A stretch of 64,000 nucleotides of DNA from Bacteroidales bacterium. GTDB taxonomy: Bacteria; Bacteroidota; Bacteroidia; Bacteroidales; JAADJA01. Within the stretch, counting starts at the first letter, position 1. Every line of letters begins with the position of its first letter. The DNA is taken from NCBI GenBank assembly GCA_030596605.1, contig JAUVJI010000002.1, forward strand, positions 2,904 to 66,903. The letters are read 5' to 3'. Positions 1 to 10,700 of the stretch are shown piece after piece. A program made the translations under genes and the position numbers. A model generated the notes under the pieces. That model saw only the letters and a program-made list of their open reading frames with translations, ran no database searches and had not been told where the DNA came from.

Positions 1-1
1 T

Positions 2-883
2 ATCCTGTTGAAATATAATCCTTCGGGAAATCTCTTGTGGGATGCGAGGTGGGATCATTTTAATTATCTCAACGACCACCCTTTCGATTTTGACATGGGA
101 CCTGATGGCAATATTTATATTTGTGGTACAAGTGTAAAAAGCTGTTATCCCTGGGAATTTATTACAGTTGTAAAGTATAATACGCAAGGTGAGTTAATTT
201 GGAATGTTTGTATTCCGGATTTATACGGAACACCATGGGAGATTGCCGTAATTGATAATGACGAATTTGTAGTTGCAGCAGGTTCGTATGATACTATCAT
301 GGTGAAAGATGCAACAACCATTAAATACGATAATTCAAATCCGGGTTTTTATGAAAATGATATTATTGATATTTATTTTGATTCGCAAATCGCGCCTCCA
401 ATAATTGATTATGAAAATCATACGGTAATTGCCACGGTCAGCGATACAACTGACCTCCAATACCTCGTTCCTTATATCACCATTTCCGAATATGCCTGTA
501 TGTACCCTGACGATGAAGACACAACCAGTTTTGTAGTTCCTGTATGGTACAATGTAACCTCCTTCGATAATGTTGAACAATGGTGGTATGTGATAGTGGA
601 GGGGGGATACGTTGGAAATAATGAATACGAAACTAATAATTTTGTAATTTACCCAAATCCGGCAAAGGAAAAGTTTGAAGTTCGAAGTTCGAGATTTGAA
701 GTTGAACATTGCAGAATTGAACTTTATGGTTTGTTGGGGGGGAAAATGGAAGTTTTGTTTGAAGGAAAATCTATATCTGATCATTTGGAATTTGATGTAA
801 GCAATCTCACTCCGGGGGTTTATATATGCCGACTTCATTCAGAAAATCAACAAATTTCGAAAAAACTAATCATTCAAAAATAA
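2..883 (+). CDS. T9SS-sorted secreted protein, N-terminus cut by the window edge
   Basis: The frame is open from base 2; the TTG at 8 is only the first start-like codon. Repeated YNPSGNLLW / YNTQGELIW strands suggest a propeller-type fold. The C-terminus IYPNPAKEKF...GVYICRL...KKLIIQK fits the type-A T9SS C-terminal sorting domain pattern. Confidence 0.7.
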   Translation: MLLKYNPSGNLLWDARWDHFNYLNDHPFDFDMGPDGNIYICGTSVKSCYPWEFITVVKYNTQGELIWNVCIPDLYGTPWEIAVIDNDEFVVAAGSYDTIMVKDATTIKYDNSNPGFYENDIIDIYFDSQIAPPIIDYENHTVIATVSDTTDLQYLVPYITISEYACMYPDDEDTTSFVVPVWYNVTSFDNVEQWWYVIVEGGYVGNNEYETNNFVIYPNPAKEKFEVRSSRFEVEHCRIELYGLLGGKMEVLFEGKSISDHLEFDVSNLTPGVYICRLHSENQQISKKLIIQK

Positions 884-889
884 GATGTT

Positions 890-1882
890 ATGAAAACCTA
901 CTTTTTACTTTTTACTTTTACCTTTTTACTTTTTATATGCTCCTGGAGTCAGGAATATGCAACATTCACATTGACTGGTGTTCATCAGGGAACCGGAACA
1001 TTTACCAATGCAGTATTATCAGATTTTACATGGGTAGTTGAGGGTACATTATACGGAGAAGTTCAAATTTTAGATGACGAAGTTTTTGATGACGGAAATG
1101 AATTTGAAAACATATTCGGTCAAGCAGATTTTGCTCAAAACTTAAGGATAAAGGTCTTTGAAAACGGCGCCGGTACCAGCGGACAACCCATTACTTCACA
1201 AGCTACTTTAACCATCGACTTCGATCAGGATACCCCTTCTGAAGGTTGGGGATTTTGCCTGGTTGACATTGATGTAGAAAATGCCCTCATTTCTGCGATT
1301 GATGAAAATGATAACGAAGTTTCGCATGAAATTATTGACAACTGGTTGATTGAACTCTTTGATGCAAACCTCTTTGAAAATGGTATAAACATTCCTAAAT
1401 GGGATTCGATAAATTCGGCATTATTGGGTTCGGATACGCCGGAAACTTATGTGGTTTATAACAACCTGGTAATTGGAGGTATGCCTTCCAGTGAAGCCCC
1501 GGCCGCTTTTTTTATGCCTGACATACCACTTAAATCGCTGATCATTGATTTTGAAAACCTTCAGGAGAATTACAATACATCGTACCATTTCTATTTAGCA
1601 TCATTGAATGCCACTGGAGTTTTTGATAATCAAGATTTAAATTTTGCTATTTATCCCAATCCAACTAAAAACAAGTTCGAAGTTCGGAGTTCAGAGTTCG
1701 AAGTTGGGCATTGCAAAATTGAACTCTCTGATTTGTTTGGGAAACCAGTGGTACTTTTATTTGAAGGGAAATTAGCTACTGATCAACTTGAATTTAATGT
1801 AGGGTATTTAAAGGCTGGGATTTATTTCTGCCGATTAAGAATAGATAATAAAAGTGTAACTAAGAAATTAATTATAAAATAG
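890..1882 (+). CDS. Secreted protein of unknown function with T9SS C-terminal sorting domain
   Basis: Signal peptide MKTYFLLFTFTFLLFICSWSQ. The C-terminus IYPNPTKNKF...GIYFCRL...KKLIIK is paralogous to the CTD of the preceding gene. Only 6 nt separate it from the upstream stop, so co-transcription is likely. Confidence 0.75.
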   Translation: MKTYFLLFTFTFLLFICSWSQEYATFTLTGVHQGTGTFTNAVLSDFTWVVEGTLYGEVQILDDEVFDDGNEFENIFGQADFAQNLRIKVFENGAGTSGQPITSQATLTIDFDQDTPSEGWGFCLVDIDVENALISAIDENDNEVSHEIIDNWLIELFDANLFENGINIPKWDSINSALLGSDTPETYVVYNNLVIGGMPSSEAPAAFFMPDIPLKSLIIDFENLQENYNTSYHFYLASLNATGVFDNQDLNFAIYPNPTKNKFEVRSSEFEVGHCKIELSDLFGKPVVLLFEGKLATDQLEFNVGYLKAGIYFCRLRIDNKSVTKKLIIK

Positions 1883-1962
1883 CAGAATACAAGGGGAACT
1901 TCTCATACCTCTTGTATCATGCTTTTTGCTCAACACACCTTGCTCCAAACTCCCTGCTCTTT

Positions 1963-2016
1963 GCAAATAATAATTCATCCCCGGCGAATAATAATTTACC
2001 ACAAATAATCCAAACC
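1963..2016 (+). repeat. Degenerate GCAAATAATAAT / CGAATAATAAT / ACAAATAATCCAAA motif cluster upstream of the LytTR gene
   Basis: TTTGCAAATAATAATTCATCCCCGGCGAATAATAATTTACCACAAATAATCCAAACC aligns with 11609-11650. Confidence 0.45.
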
Positions 2017-2063
2017 GCTGGCAGTACTTTTACTTTACCTATTTTGGATTTATTGGTACTTTA

Positions 2064-2561
2064 ATGGAGAGAATCATTATCATAGATGATATGAACTGCA
2101 AGAAAGGCCTTCAGGAATTCCTTGAAGCCAATAAGGAGCATATTCGATACAGCACAACGATTGACAACTTAAAAAATACAACAAAGTTTTTCATTGATGA
2201 ATTAACCGGTAATTATGAATCCGAAAACAAGCTCGCTGTAAATACCGACAAACAAATCAATATCATCCATACCCATGAAATAATTTACCTTGAAGCATCA
2301 GGCAAAAAAACTAAACTACATCTGAGTAATAATAAATGTGTTGAAGCAATAAACAGTATCGATTCTTACGGCAAAAAGCTTATTAGTGCAAATTTCATAA
2401 GAGTCCACGAACAATATATTGTAAACCTTGAGTATTTCTCAAAATTCAATTTTAAAAATAAACTGGAACTTGAACTCCACAATGGGATTACCATTCCAGT
2501 TGATACTAATAAAAAAGACTTACTAATAAATTATATTGAAAACATAAGTGATAAAATTTAA
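2064..2561 (+). CDS. LytTR-domain DNA-binding regulator with truncated or degenerate receiver remnant
   Basis: The C-terminal ~100 aa (IIHTHEIIYLEASGKKTKLHL...FIRVHEQYIVNLEYF...ITIPV) has the LytTR pattern. The N-terminal ~60 aa starts like a receiver (RIIIIDD) but is far too short for a full REC domain. No histidine kinase gene is present in the window. Confidence 0.75.
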   Translation: MERIIIIDDMNCKKGLQEFLEANKEHIRYSTTIDNLKNTTKFFIDELTGNYESENKLAVNTDKQINIIHTHEIIYLEASGKKTKLHLSNNKCVEAINSIDSYGKKLISANFIRVHEQYIVNLEYFSKFNFKNKLELELHNGITIPVDTNKKDLLINYIENISDKI

Positions 2562-2570
2562 TTAAAACAA

Positions 2571-5500
2571 ATGTTTATTAACCTTAAAATTTTTTATGTT
2601 ATGAAAGACAATTTACATTTTCGAGCAGTTACGAAAGGATTGCTTTTGGGATTAATCTCCCTAGTACTTTTGGGCTATAACAGCAACGCCCAGGTATCGT
2701 TTACACAAACCCTTAATGCCGATTTCTACAAAGGGGTCTATAATGACCTTCTCGTAGGATCGGATAACGTTTATCTGCCATACCAGGCAACCGATGTTAA
2801 CACCTGGCTAACAACTACTATTTTGCCACAAACTCTTGAAGGGCATAAAACAGCAACATGGAACAATCGTTATGTTTATGTTGTTGGAGGTTACAATGAT
2901 GTATCCTACTCAAGTTCTGTGTACCGGGCAACATTAACAACCGGAGGTATCAGCAGTTGGACAACAGAAAACTCCTTACCCGTTGGTTTAAGGGATCATG
3001 CAGTAGTTATAGGAACGAACACCATATATGTTATGGGGGGACGTGACGATACTAATATTTATGATGAGATCTATGCTGCGACAATTAACAGTGACGGTTC
3101 TCTTGGAACATGGGATTTATTATCAGTAACATTACCGGAAACATTATGGGGGCATACTGCAGCATATTGCGGTGGATATATTTATGTTGTAGGTGGATCG
3201 AATATAATGAGTAGTACATATGCAGTACCTGGCGTTTATTATTCAGAGGTTCAGGCTGATAATTCCTTAACATCATTTGCCACTAATGAAGCCATGTTCC
3301 AAGGTAGAAACGGGCACTCAATGGTTGTACACGGAACTACCTTTTATATTATAGGAGGATATGATGATTTTGGAAATAAAAAGAACACTGTCCTGTATAA
3401 TACTTCACAACTTAATGGCCAGCTTACTGCCTGGTCGTACGCGACAAGTTTGCCAATTGCAATAAGCAACCATTCTTCGGTTATTATGAATGGTTTAATT
3501 ACCGTTTTAGCTGGTGAAAGCGGAGGAACCTTAAGCAACAGTGTTTATTATGCTGATATTAATACTTCTCCATTGGTTTGGAACCTAGCTACTAATGTCA
3601 TATACGACAGGACAAAAGACGGAGCTGCTTTTGCAACAACTTTTGCAACAAATGGATGGATTGGATATTGCGGTGGTGAAAACCTTTCGGGTACCCCAAT
3701 CCATAATTCGCGTTATGCAAACCTCACGTTATCGGCTGATTATGAAAAAAACGGGTTCTTTGTTTCCAACCCGTTTTATGAATTAGGTGCCGAACGAGAG
3801 ATCACAGAATTAACCTTCTCGGCTTCAAATCCTGCCGGGTCAAACACAGAAATTGCATACCGTACTGCCGGTGAAGATCTTGATTGGGATAACTGGACTG
3901 CACTGACTTCTACCAGTCCGGTTGTAATTGGAATAACAGACCGTTATCTTCAATATAAGATAGTTTTTACAGGTGATGGCTCAGTAACCCCAACTTTCCA
4001 TGATATGAACCTTTGGACACCGGGAACAGAGCTTGCCGGCAATCTGAATGGCTGGACAACATTTGATTTTGCCAGCAGCCCCTATTGGGTTACTGCTGAT
4101 ATTTCATTTACCGGCGGTACACATACATTTGATGCGGGCGTTGAATTAAACTTCCTGCCTCAAACGGGAATGACTGTAAGCACAGCAAATATAATCTGTA
4201 ACGGAACTGTAACGGATTCGGTTAGGTTCAGAGGCTATACAAGTGAAATTGGTTTGTGGGATGGTATTTATTTTGATCCGAACAGTGACAATGGCGTTTC
4301 ATCCCAATTTTACTATACGGTTATTGAAGGCGCCGGCTATGGAAGCTGGAATGCTAATTTATATTGCAATAGTACCAATGAACCATTGTTGATGCATAGT
4401 AGTTTAAGAGGGGCGGATGGGCATGGTTTAAATTTAAACGCCTCTCATTTAACTATTGAAGAAACCTTTTTTGGAGGAAACACAGAAAGTGGTGTTTATC
4501 ATAACAATTCGAATCCATCATTCCTTAATTGTGAAATGTCGGATAACCAGTTTGCCGGTATTTACCTTTCTTCTGTTGCATCGGAACCCAATTTCTATAC
4601 AGTTCTGTCAGCAAATAATACCTATGCAATGTATTATCCATCACCTAACTTTACTATTCTTCCTCCCAACGGAAGTAACCTGACCTTTACAAACAACACT
4701 TACGATGGTATTTGTTTTGAAGCGGGAGTTGTTTCACAGAGTCAGGTTTGGAATTCTGTTGCTTATGATTATATATTATTAGGGGATGTTTTTGTCCGGG
4801 CTAATTCTTCAACACCACGCCTGACCATTGAACCGGGAAATACAATAAAAACAATACAGGGTTCCAAACTGCAAATCGGAGATTATACAGGTTATCCGGG
4901 TCAAGGCGGTGAATTGTATGCCATTGGAACAGTCGATAGTCTTATCACTTTTACATCATGGAACAGTACCGTTGGCGGATGGGAAGGTATTTATTTTCAT
5001 AATTACAATGATTCCTGGGGAGGGGTATCTGTAATGGATTACTGTGTAATCGAAAACGGGAATGATTACAATATGTTATGCGATCAATCAACCCAACCTG
5101 CAATCAGTAATTCTATAATAAGGGATGCGGTAACTGATGGAATACGGTTCAACGACTCTTATGGTTCTGTTGCCTCCTCTGTTTTTTCTAATTTTGGACG
5201 CTACCCGATATATTTTACAGATTGGAAAGCATCCCCAACTTTGAGTGGCAACACTTATTCAGCGAAAGGCATTAACCTGATCGCACTTGAAGCAGGTGAT
5301 TATTCATCTGACAGGACTTTATACAATGATGGTATTGATTATCTGGTGTTAAATACTATCCGTGTTATGGCTAATAGTAGTACCCCAATGTTAACAGTTG
5401 AAGCAGGACTAACCCTGAATTTTGCTTCGGGTACTATCCTCCAGCTTGCCGGCTATGATGGTTATCCTGGCCAGGGAGGCGAATTATATGCAGTTGGTAG

Positions 5501-7787
5501 TTTAGGGAATGAAATCACATTTAAACCTTATTCTGATATTGCAGGTGATTGGGAGGGTATTTATTTCCATGATTATAGCGATGTCTGGAGCGGAACTTCT
5601 ACTATGGAGTATTGTGTAGTGGATAAAGGGAATGAATATAATGTTTACACTTCATCTACCACTCAACCTTCTATTGACCATTGTACATTTAGCAATGCTG
5701 TTCAATATGGGATTAAAGAAAACAATTCATCACCCCAAATCCATAATTCCCAGTTTTTAAGTAATGGTAGCTATCCGATATATTATGCTAACTGGTCATG
5801 TAACTCCCATTTATTTGGCAATACTTATTCTGGCAACAATCCGGATTTAATTGCTTTGGAAGGTGGGGATTATAGCGCAGACCAAACATTTTATAATGAT
5901 GGTATAGAGTACCATGTCCTGAATACAATAAGAGTCGTTAAAACTTCTGATCCCCGTACCTTAACTTTAAAACCAGGGGTAACCTTAAATTTCGATCCGG
6001 GCACCAGGTTGCAGATTGCTGCATACGATGGATATCCTGGCCAGGGTGGTATGTTAATTGCAAATGGGAATATCGACAGTTTGATCACATTTAAGCCGTA
6101 CAACGATATTGCAGGTGGTTGGGAAGGGATCTACTTCCATGACCGTAGCGATAGTTGGAGCGCTGTGTCATCAATGAAATTCTGCCATGTTGAAAAAGCA
6201 AATAGTTATAATATTCATTTCGAATCGACTAACCAACCTGCAACTTTTGAAAATTGTGAAATAATTGATGCGGTTGGTAATGGATTATATTTTAATAGTG
6301 CAACACCGATTATTGTAAGTTCATCCATTACAAACAATGGAGGTCATGGTATATATCTTGATGGAACAAGTAATCCTGTTATTGGAAATAATACATCTTC
6401 AACTTGTAATATTTTTGGGAACGGGCCTTATGATGTTTACAACAATACGGCAAATGATATTGATGCCCGCAACAACTACTGGGGAACCGGCGACTCTGCC
6501 ATGATCGCTTCCCGGATTTATGATTATTATGATAATACTGCCAAAGGGATTGTCATCTTCGAGGACTTTGCACAGATTCCATCCATACCTACAGCAACTA
6601 CTTTATTAAGCGGTAACGTTTGGTACAATAATGCTTCTTCAACAGATATGGAGGATGCCCTGATGGAGATCTTTGATTTTGGAGGATCGCCTATATCCAG
6701 CACAAATACTAATACTTCCGGTTATTATTCATTCAGTTCCTTTGCTTCAGGAAACTACACATTGGACATTACACCTGATGATGTCTGGGGAGGTGCAAAC
6801 TCAACGGATGCCCTATTGATCCTGAGACATTTTGCTCATCTTGATACACTGGAGGGTATGGAATACGCTTCTGCTGATGTTAATTACAGTCAAACAATTA
6901 ATGGAACAGATGCATTGTTTGTATTGAAACGTTTTGCAGGCATGATCACATCCTTCCCGTCAGGTGACTGGCTTTATAATACCGAAAATCTTACCATTAA
7001 TGGCAACCAGGTTGTAAATGATTTTGCCATGTTGTGTTTTGGTGATGTAAATTCAAATTACATGGAGCCACCAAAGGATGATAATTCTGTTAATCTTGTT
7101 TATGAAGGAACCCAGATTATTCAGTCATTCACTGCTTTTGATTTGACGATTTCAATAAAGGATATGATTGAAGCAGGTGCTATTTCACTTGGTCTTATCT
7201 ATCCTGAAGAATATATAGAGATTACCGGAGCCGAATTAATAAATACAAATGGTAATGCAATTTACACAGTTGAAGACGGATTATTCCGAATTGCTTTTGC
7301 TGACCCTAATGGTGTGAATTATGCTGCCGGGGATGAAATGTTAGTTATAAATTGTGTGGCTAAAGATTTGTCATACATGCAGGAACCGATTCTTGTTGAG
7401 CTCTATGAAGATAGTGAATTCGCTGACCCAATGGCTCAGGTTATCAATGATGTTACTCTTTCAACACCTGAATTAACTACACTTGCCGTTGGAATTAACA
7501 ACCAAATTGCTGATGGATTATGGCTAAGTGATAACTATCCGAATCCATTCAATAAATCAACAACAATTCACTACCAGATTCCTGAATTCGGCTATGTGAA
7601 TATTAAAGTATTTGACATTACTGGTACAATTGTCACCGAGCTAGTGAATAGTAATCAAAAAGGAGGTGAATATACCGTCGAATTTAAATCAGATGATCTT
7701 GAGCCTGGAATCTATTTCTATAAACTTGAATTCAGAAATTCTGAAAATCATAATAGTTTGATAAATAAAATGAGTGTAACACGTTAA
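2571..7787 (+). CDS. Giant modular surface protein: Kelch-like repeats, three 190-aa parallel-beta-helix-type repeats, dockerin-like segment, cohesin-like module, T9SS CTD
   Basis: 1738-aa ORF. A signal-like segment follows the alternative ATG at 2601 (MKDNLHF...LLGYNSNAQ). Kelch-like VVGGY/VMGGR/VVGGS/IIGGY repeats cover ~2800-3750. An exact 570-nt periodicity spans 4677-6386. STDALLILRHFA...GTDALFVLKRFAG lies at ~6780-6945. A cohesin-like AISLGLIYPEEYIEITG block lies at ~7085-7480. The protein ends with YPNPFNKSTTIHY...GIYFYKL. Confidence 0.85.
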   Translation: MFINLKIFYVMKDNLHFRAVTKGLLLGLISLVLLGYNSNAQVSFTQTLNADFYKGVYNDLLVGSDNVYLPYQATDVNTWLTTTILPQTLEGHKTATWNNRYVYVVGGYNDVSYSSSVYRATLTTGGISSWTTENSLPVGLRDHAVVIGTNTIYVMGGRDDTNIYDEIYAATINSDGSLGTWDLLSVTLPETLWGHTAAYCGGYIYVVGGSNIMSSTYAVPGVYYSEVQADNSLTSFATNEAMFQGRNGHSMVVHGTTFYIIGGYDDFGNKKNTVLYNTSQLNGQLTAWSYATSLPIAISNHSSVIMNGLITVLAGESGGTLSNSVYYADINTSPLVWNLATNVIYDRTKDGAAFATTFATNGWIGYCGGENLSGTPIHNSRYANLTLSADYEKNGFFVSNPFYELGAEREITELTFSASNPAGSNTEIAYRTAGEDLDWDNWTALTSTSPVVIGITDRYLQYKIVFTGDGSVTPTFHDMNLWTPGTELAGNLNGWTTFDFASSPYWVTADISFTGGTHTFDAGVELNFLPQTGMTVSTANIICNGTVTDSVRFRGYTSEIGLWDGIYFDPNSDNGVSSQFYYTVIEGAGYGSWNANLYCNSTNEPLLMHSSLRGADGHGLNLNASHLTIEETFFGGNTESGVYHNNSNPSFLNCEMSDNQFAGIYLSSVASEPNFYTVLSANNTYAMYYPSPNFTILPPNGSNLTFTNNTYDGICFEAGVVSQSQVWNSVAYDYILLGDVFVRANSSTPRLTIEPGNTIKTIQGSKLQIGDYTGYPGQGGELYAIGTVDSLITFTSWNSTVGGWEGIYFHNYNDSWGGVSVMDYCVIENGNDYNMLCDQSTQPAISNSIIRDAVTDGIRFNDSYGSVASSVFSNFGRYPIYFTDWKASPTLSGNTYSAKGINLIALEAGDYSSDRTLYNDGIDYLVLNTIRVMANSSTPMLTVEAGLTLNFASGTILQLAGYDGYPGQGGELYAVGSLGNEITFKPYSDIAGDWEGIYFHDYSDVWSGTSTMEYCVVDKGNEYNVYTSSTTQPSIDHCTFSNAVQYGIKENNSSPQIHNSQFLSNGSYPIYYANWSCNSHLFGNTYSGNNPDLIALEGGDYSADQTFYNDGIEYHVLNTIRVVKTSDPRTLTLKPGVTLNFDPGTRLQIAAYDGYPGQGGMLIANGNIDSLITFKPYNDIAGGWEGIYFHDRSDSWSAVSSMKFCHVEKANSYNIHFESTNQPATFENCEIIDAVGNGLYFNSATPIIVSSSITNNGGHGIYLDGTSNPVIGNNTSSTCNIFGNGPYDVYNNTANDIDARNNYWGTGDSAMIASRIYDYYDNTAKGIVIFEDFAQIPSIPTATTLLSGNVWYNNASSTDMEDALMEIFDFGGSPISSTNTNTSGYYSFSSFASGNYTLDITPDDVWGGANSTDALLILRHFAHLDTLEGMEYASADVNYSQTINGTDALFVLKRFAGMITSFPSGDWLYNTENLTINGNQVVNDFAMLCFGDVNSNYMEPPKDDNSVNLVYEGTQIIQSFTAFDLTISIKDMIEAGAISLGLIYPEEYIEITGAELINTNGNAIYTVEDGLFRIAFADPNGVNYAAGDEMLVINCVAKDLSYMQEPILVELYEDSEFADPMAQVINDVTLSTPELTTLAVGINNQIADGLWLSDNYPNPFNKSTTIHYQIPEFGYVNIKVFDITGTIVTELVNSNQKGGEYTVEFKSDDLEPGIYFYKLEFRNSENHNSLINKMSVTR
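4677..6386 (+). repeat. Three in-frame tandem coding repeats of exactly 570 nt (190 aa)
   Basis: The landmark GG(T/A)TATCC(G/T)GG(T/C)CA(A/G)GG(C/A/T)GG recurs at 4890, 5460 and 6030. GGCAA(C/T)ACTTATTC recurs at 5247 and 5817. The protein repeat reads ...GYPGQGGELYA.G....ITF......GGWEGIYFH...D.W......YC...... Confidence 0.9.
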
Positions 7788-7798
7788 AATCTGTAATT

Positions 7799-10700
7799 AT
7801 GAAAACGAAATTTATAATAATCATTTCGGCGCTTTTCATAATTACCTGGCCGGTTTTGCTGCAAAGTCAAACGATAGTAACCACAGCCGGGTCACCATCA
7901 GAGTGTCCCGGGGAAATTGTGGTTCCTATTACAGTGACCAATTGCAACGGGGTCGGAGCCATTTCACTTGTCTTTCAACACGATACCGGGATCCTGACTT
8001 ATATGAACTATGAGAATGTTCATGCAGATTTATCCACAGGACTCCTTATCGTTAATCAGACCGGTGATAAAGTGATCATAAGCTGGGCTTCGACTACTGC
8101 TGCCAATATCGGAAGCGGAACCCTGATGGACATCCGTTTTTCAGGGGTTACCGGAAACAGCAGTTTAACGTGGGACACACAAACACCAGGTAATTGTGAA
8201 TATAGCGATTCAAACGGAAATATTCTTCCGTCTTCTTATACCAACGGCACGGCTACGATTTATCAAGTGCCGGAGGTACTTGATCATCCAGATGATGTTA
8301 CGGCCCTTGTGAACGATGATGTAAGCTTTAGCGTAAATGCCCTAAGCACAGGTATCAGCAGATTATGGTACAGGAGTACGGATGGAGGAACAAACTGGTT
8401 TTCAACCGGAGTAACCTCAGCAACATTGAATGTTTATGATGTAACATTGGACATGGATGGATATTTATACCGCTGCGAGATCAGTGGCACATGCAGTCCA
8501 ATAGCAATCTCTGATGAGGCAGAGTTAACGGTGATTCAACCGTTGATTACATCATTTGATGTGCAGGATGTTTGTCCGGGAAATATTACAATCCCAATCC
8601 TGACATCCAATTTTACGGATGTCGCTTCCCTGTCATTGGCATTTAGCTATAATACCTCAACTTTAACCTATTCGGGTTATCAGAATGTAAATTCCCTGTT
8701 GCCCGGAAACTTTGTATGTAATGAAGTGGGTGGAATGGTATATATGACATGGTCAACTACTTCACCTGTAACTTTTGGAACTGATACAACGCTAGTTGAA
8801 ATTCAATTTACAGGAGCAACCGGAAGCAGTAACCTGACATGGGACTTGACAACACCGGGAAATTGCGAATACACCTATTTGAATGCAGATCAAATTGTTT
8901 CTGTTTTCCAGGACAATTCGTTTACCATTTACCAGGTGCCGCAAATCAATGTTCAACCTGTTGATAAGCTGATCCCGGAAAATACCGGAACTAGCTTTAG
9001 TGTGTCAGCCGTAGCTTCAGGAATTAATTATCAATGGCAGATAAGTACTGATGATGGTGGAATTTGGACAGACATGATCAATGGTGGCCAATACAGTGGT
9101 GTGACATCAGCCACCCTTAACATTTCCAGTGCCTCGCTCTCAATGAGTGGTTATTGGTATCGTTGTATTGTAGGTGGGTATTGTTTACCTGATGCTATTT
9201 CTGATCCCGCCGAATTGATTGTCCTGCCAAGAATAACAGCAATTGCAGGAAATGTTTCTGATTGTCCGGGGACTATTACAGTACCTATTGATGTTACCCA
9301 TTTTATCAATGTTGCAGCCTTTTCCTTAACACTTAATTTTGATGAGGCCATATTAACCTTTGATAATTATCAATCGTTACATAGTAACCTATCAGGTGGA
9401 AGCTTTGCTTTAAATGCTGTTGATGGAAAAGTTTACATGACATGGACTTCAACCACGCCGGCTACCATCGGCGATGACCTTTTGATAGAATTGTTATTTA
9501 CCGGTATCACCGGAAGCAGTTCATTGAACTGGAATAATAGTGTTGAAGGAGCCTGTGAATTCAGCGACCTTGATGGAAATATCATTTTCGATAATTATAT
9601 AAATGGCAATGTCACTGTCTATCAACCTCCGATAATAACCGGTGATCCATCAAATCAAACGGCACCTGAAGGTACTGGAACAAGTTTTTCCGTTTCAGCA
9701 ACAGGAACGGGATTAAGTTACCAATGGCAGGAAAGTGACGATGATGGAAACAACTGGAATAATTTGTCGAACATCGCACCTTATTCAGGAGTAAATACTG
9801 CAACATTACAAATCAATCCAGTTGACCAAACAATGGATGCTTATCAATACAGGTGCAGGGTGTCAGGAACATGTCCGCCGCTGGTTTATTCAAGTTCTGC
9901 AATATTGAATGTGATACCTCCTGTTATTCATACTTCAGCTGGAGATATTTCAAATTCCTGTACAGGCAACATTACTGTACCTATAGGCGTGAGTAATTGT
10001 AATAATGTCGGGGCTATTTCTTTGGCTGTGAATTATGATAATACCAAACTGACTTATGAAGGTTATCAGTCACCAAACAGCGAATTAAGTGGAGGTATGT
10101 TAATTATAAATGCAACAGCAACACAGATTATACTCAGTTGGGCTTCGGTTAATCCGGCGGATATAGGTTTTGGAACTTTGATAGAATATAAATTTAAGGC
10201 CAATGCCGGAACTTCAACAACACTAATCTGGGATACACAGACACTTGGAAATTGCGAATACAGCGACCCTGACGGAAATATTTTTGCCATGGCATTTAAC
10301 ACCGGTGATATTTCTATCGCAGCCAATGCTTTGGTTGTAGATGCCGGAAGTGATGAAACAATAAGTCCGGGAGGGTCAGTCCAGTTAAATGGTTCGGCAA
10401 CAGGTGGTACTTTGCCTTATGGGATACAATGGACACCAACAAACTGGCTGACAGATCCAAATATTTTAGATCCTATAGCTGATCCACCAACTACAACCAC
10501 TTATACTTTAACAGTAATGGATAACCTGGGATGTTCAGGATCTGATGAAATGACGGTTAATGTGACTACAGCTGGAATTGACCTGGAATTGAAAGCTTTC
10601 CTGGAAGGTCCATTCAGCGGAACAACAATGGGAACAGAATTAAATAGCAATAATCTGATTCCACATAATCATCCTTACTCAGGGGCGCCATGGAATTATT

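Noticed and set aside
4677-6386. A CRISPR-like or other non-coding regular repeat array
   Set aside because: The periodic repeats are long (570 nt), diverged and lie in frame within a continuous ORF. No short direct repeat / spacer structure exists anywhere in the window.
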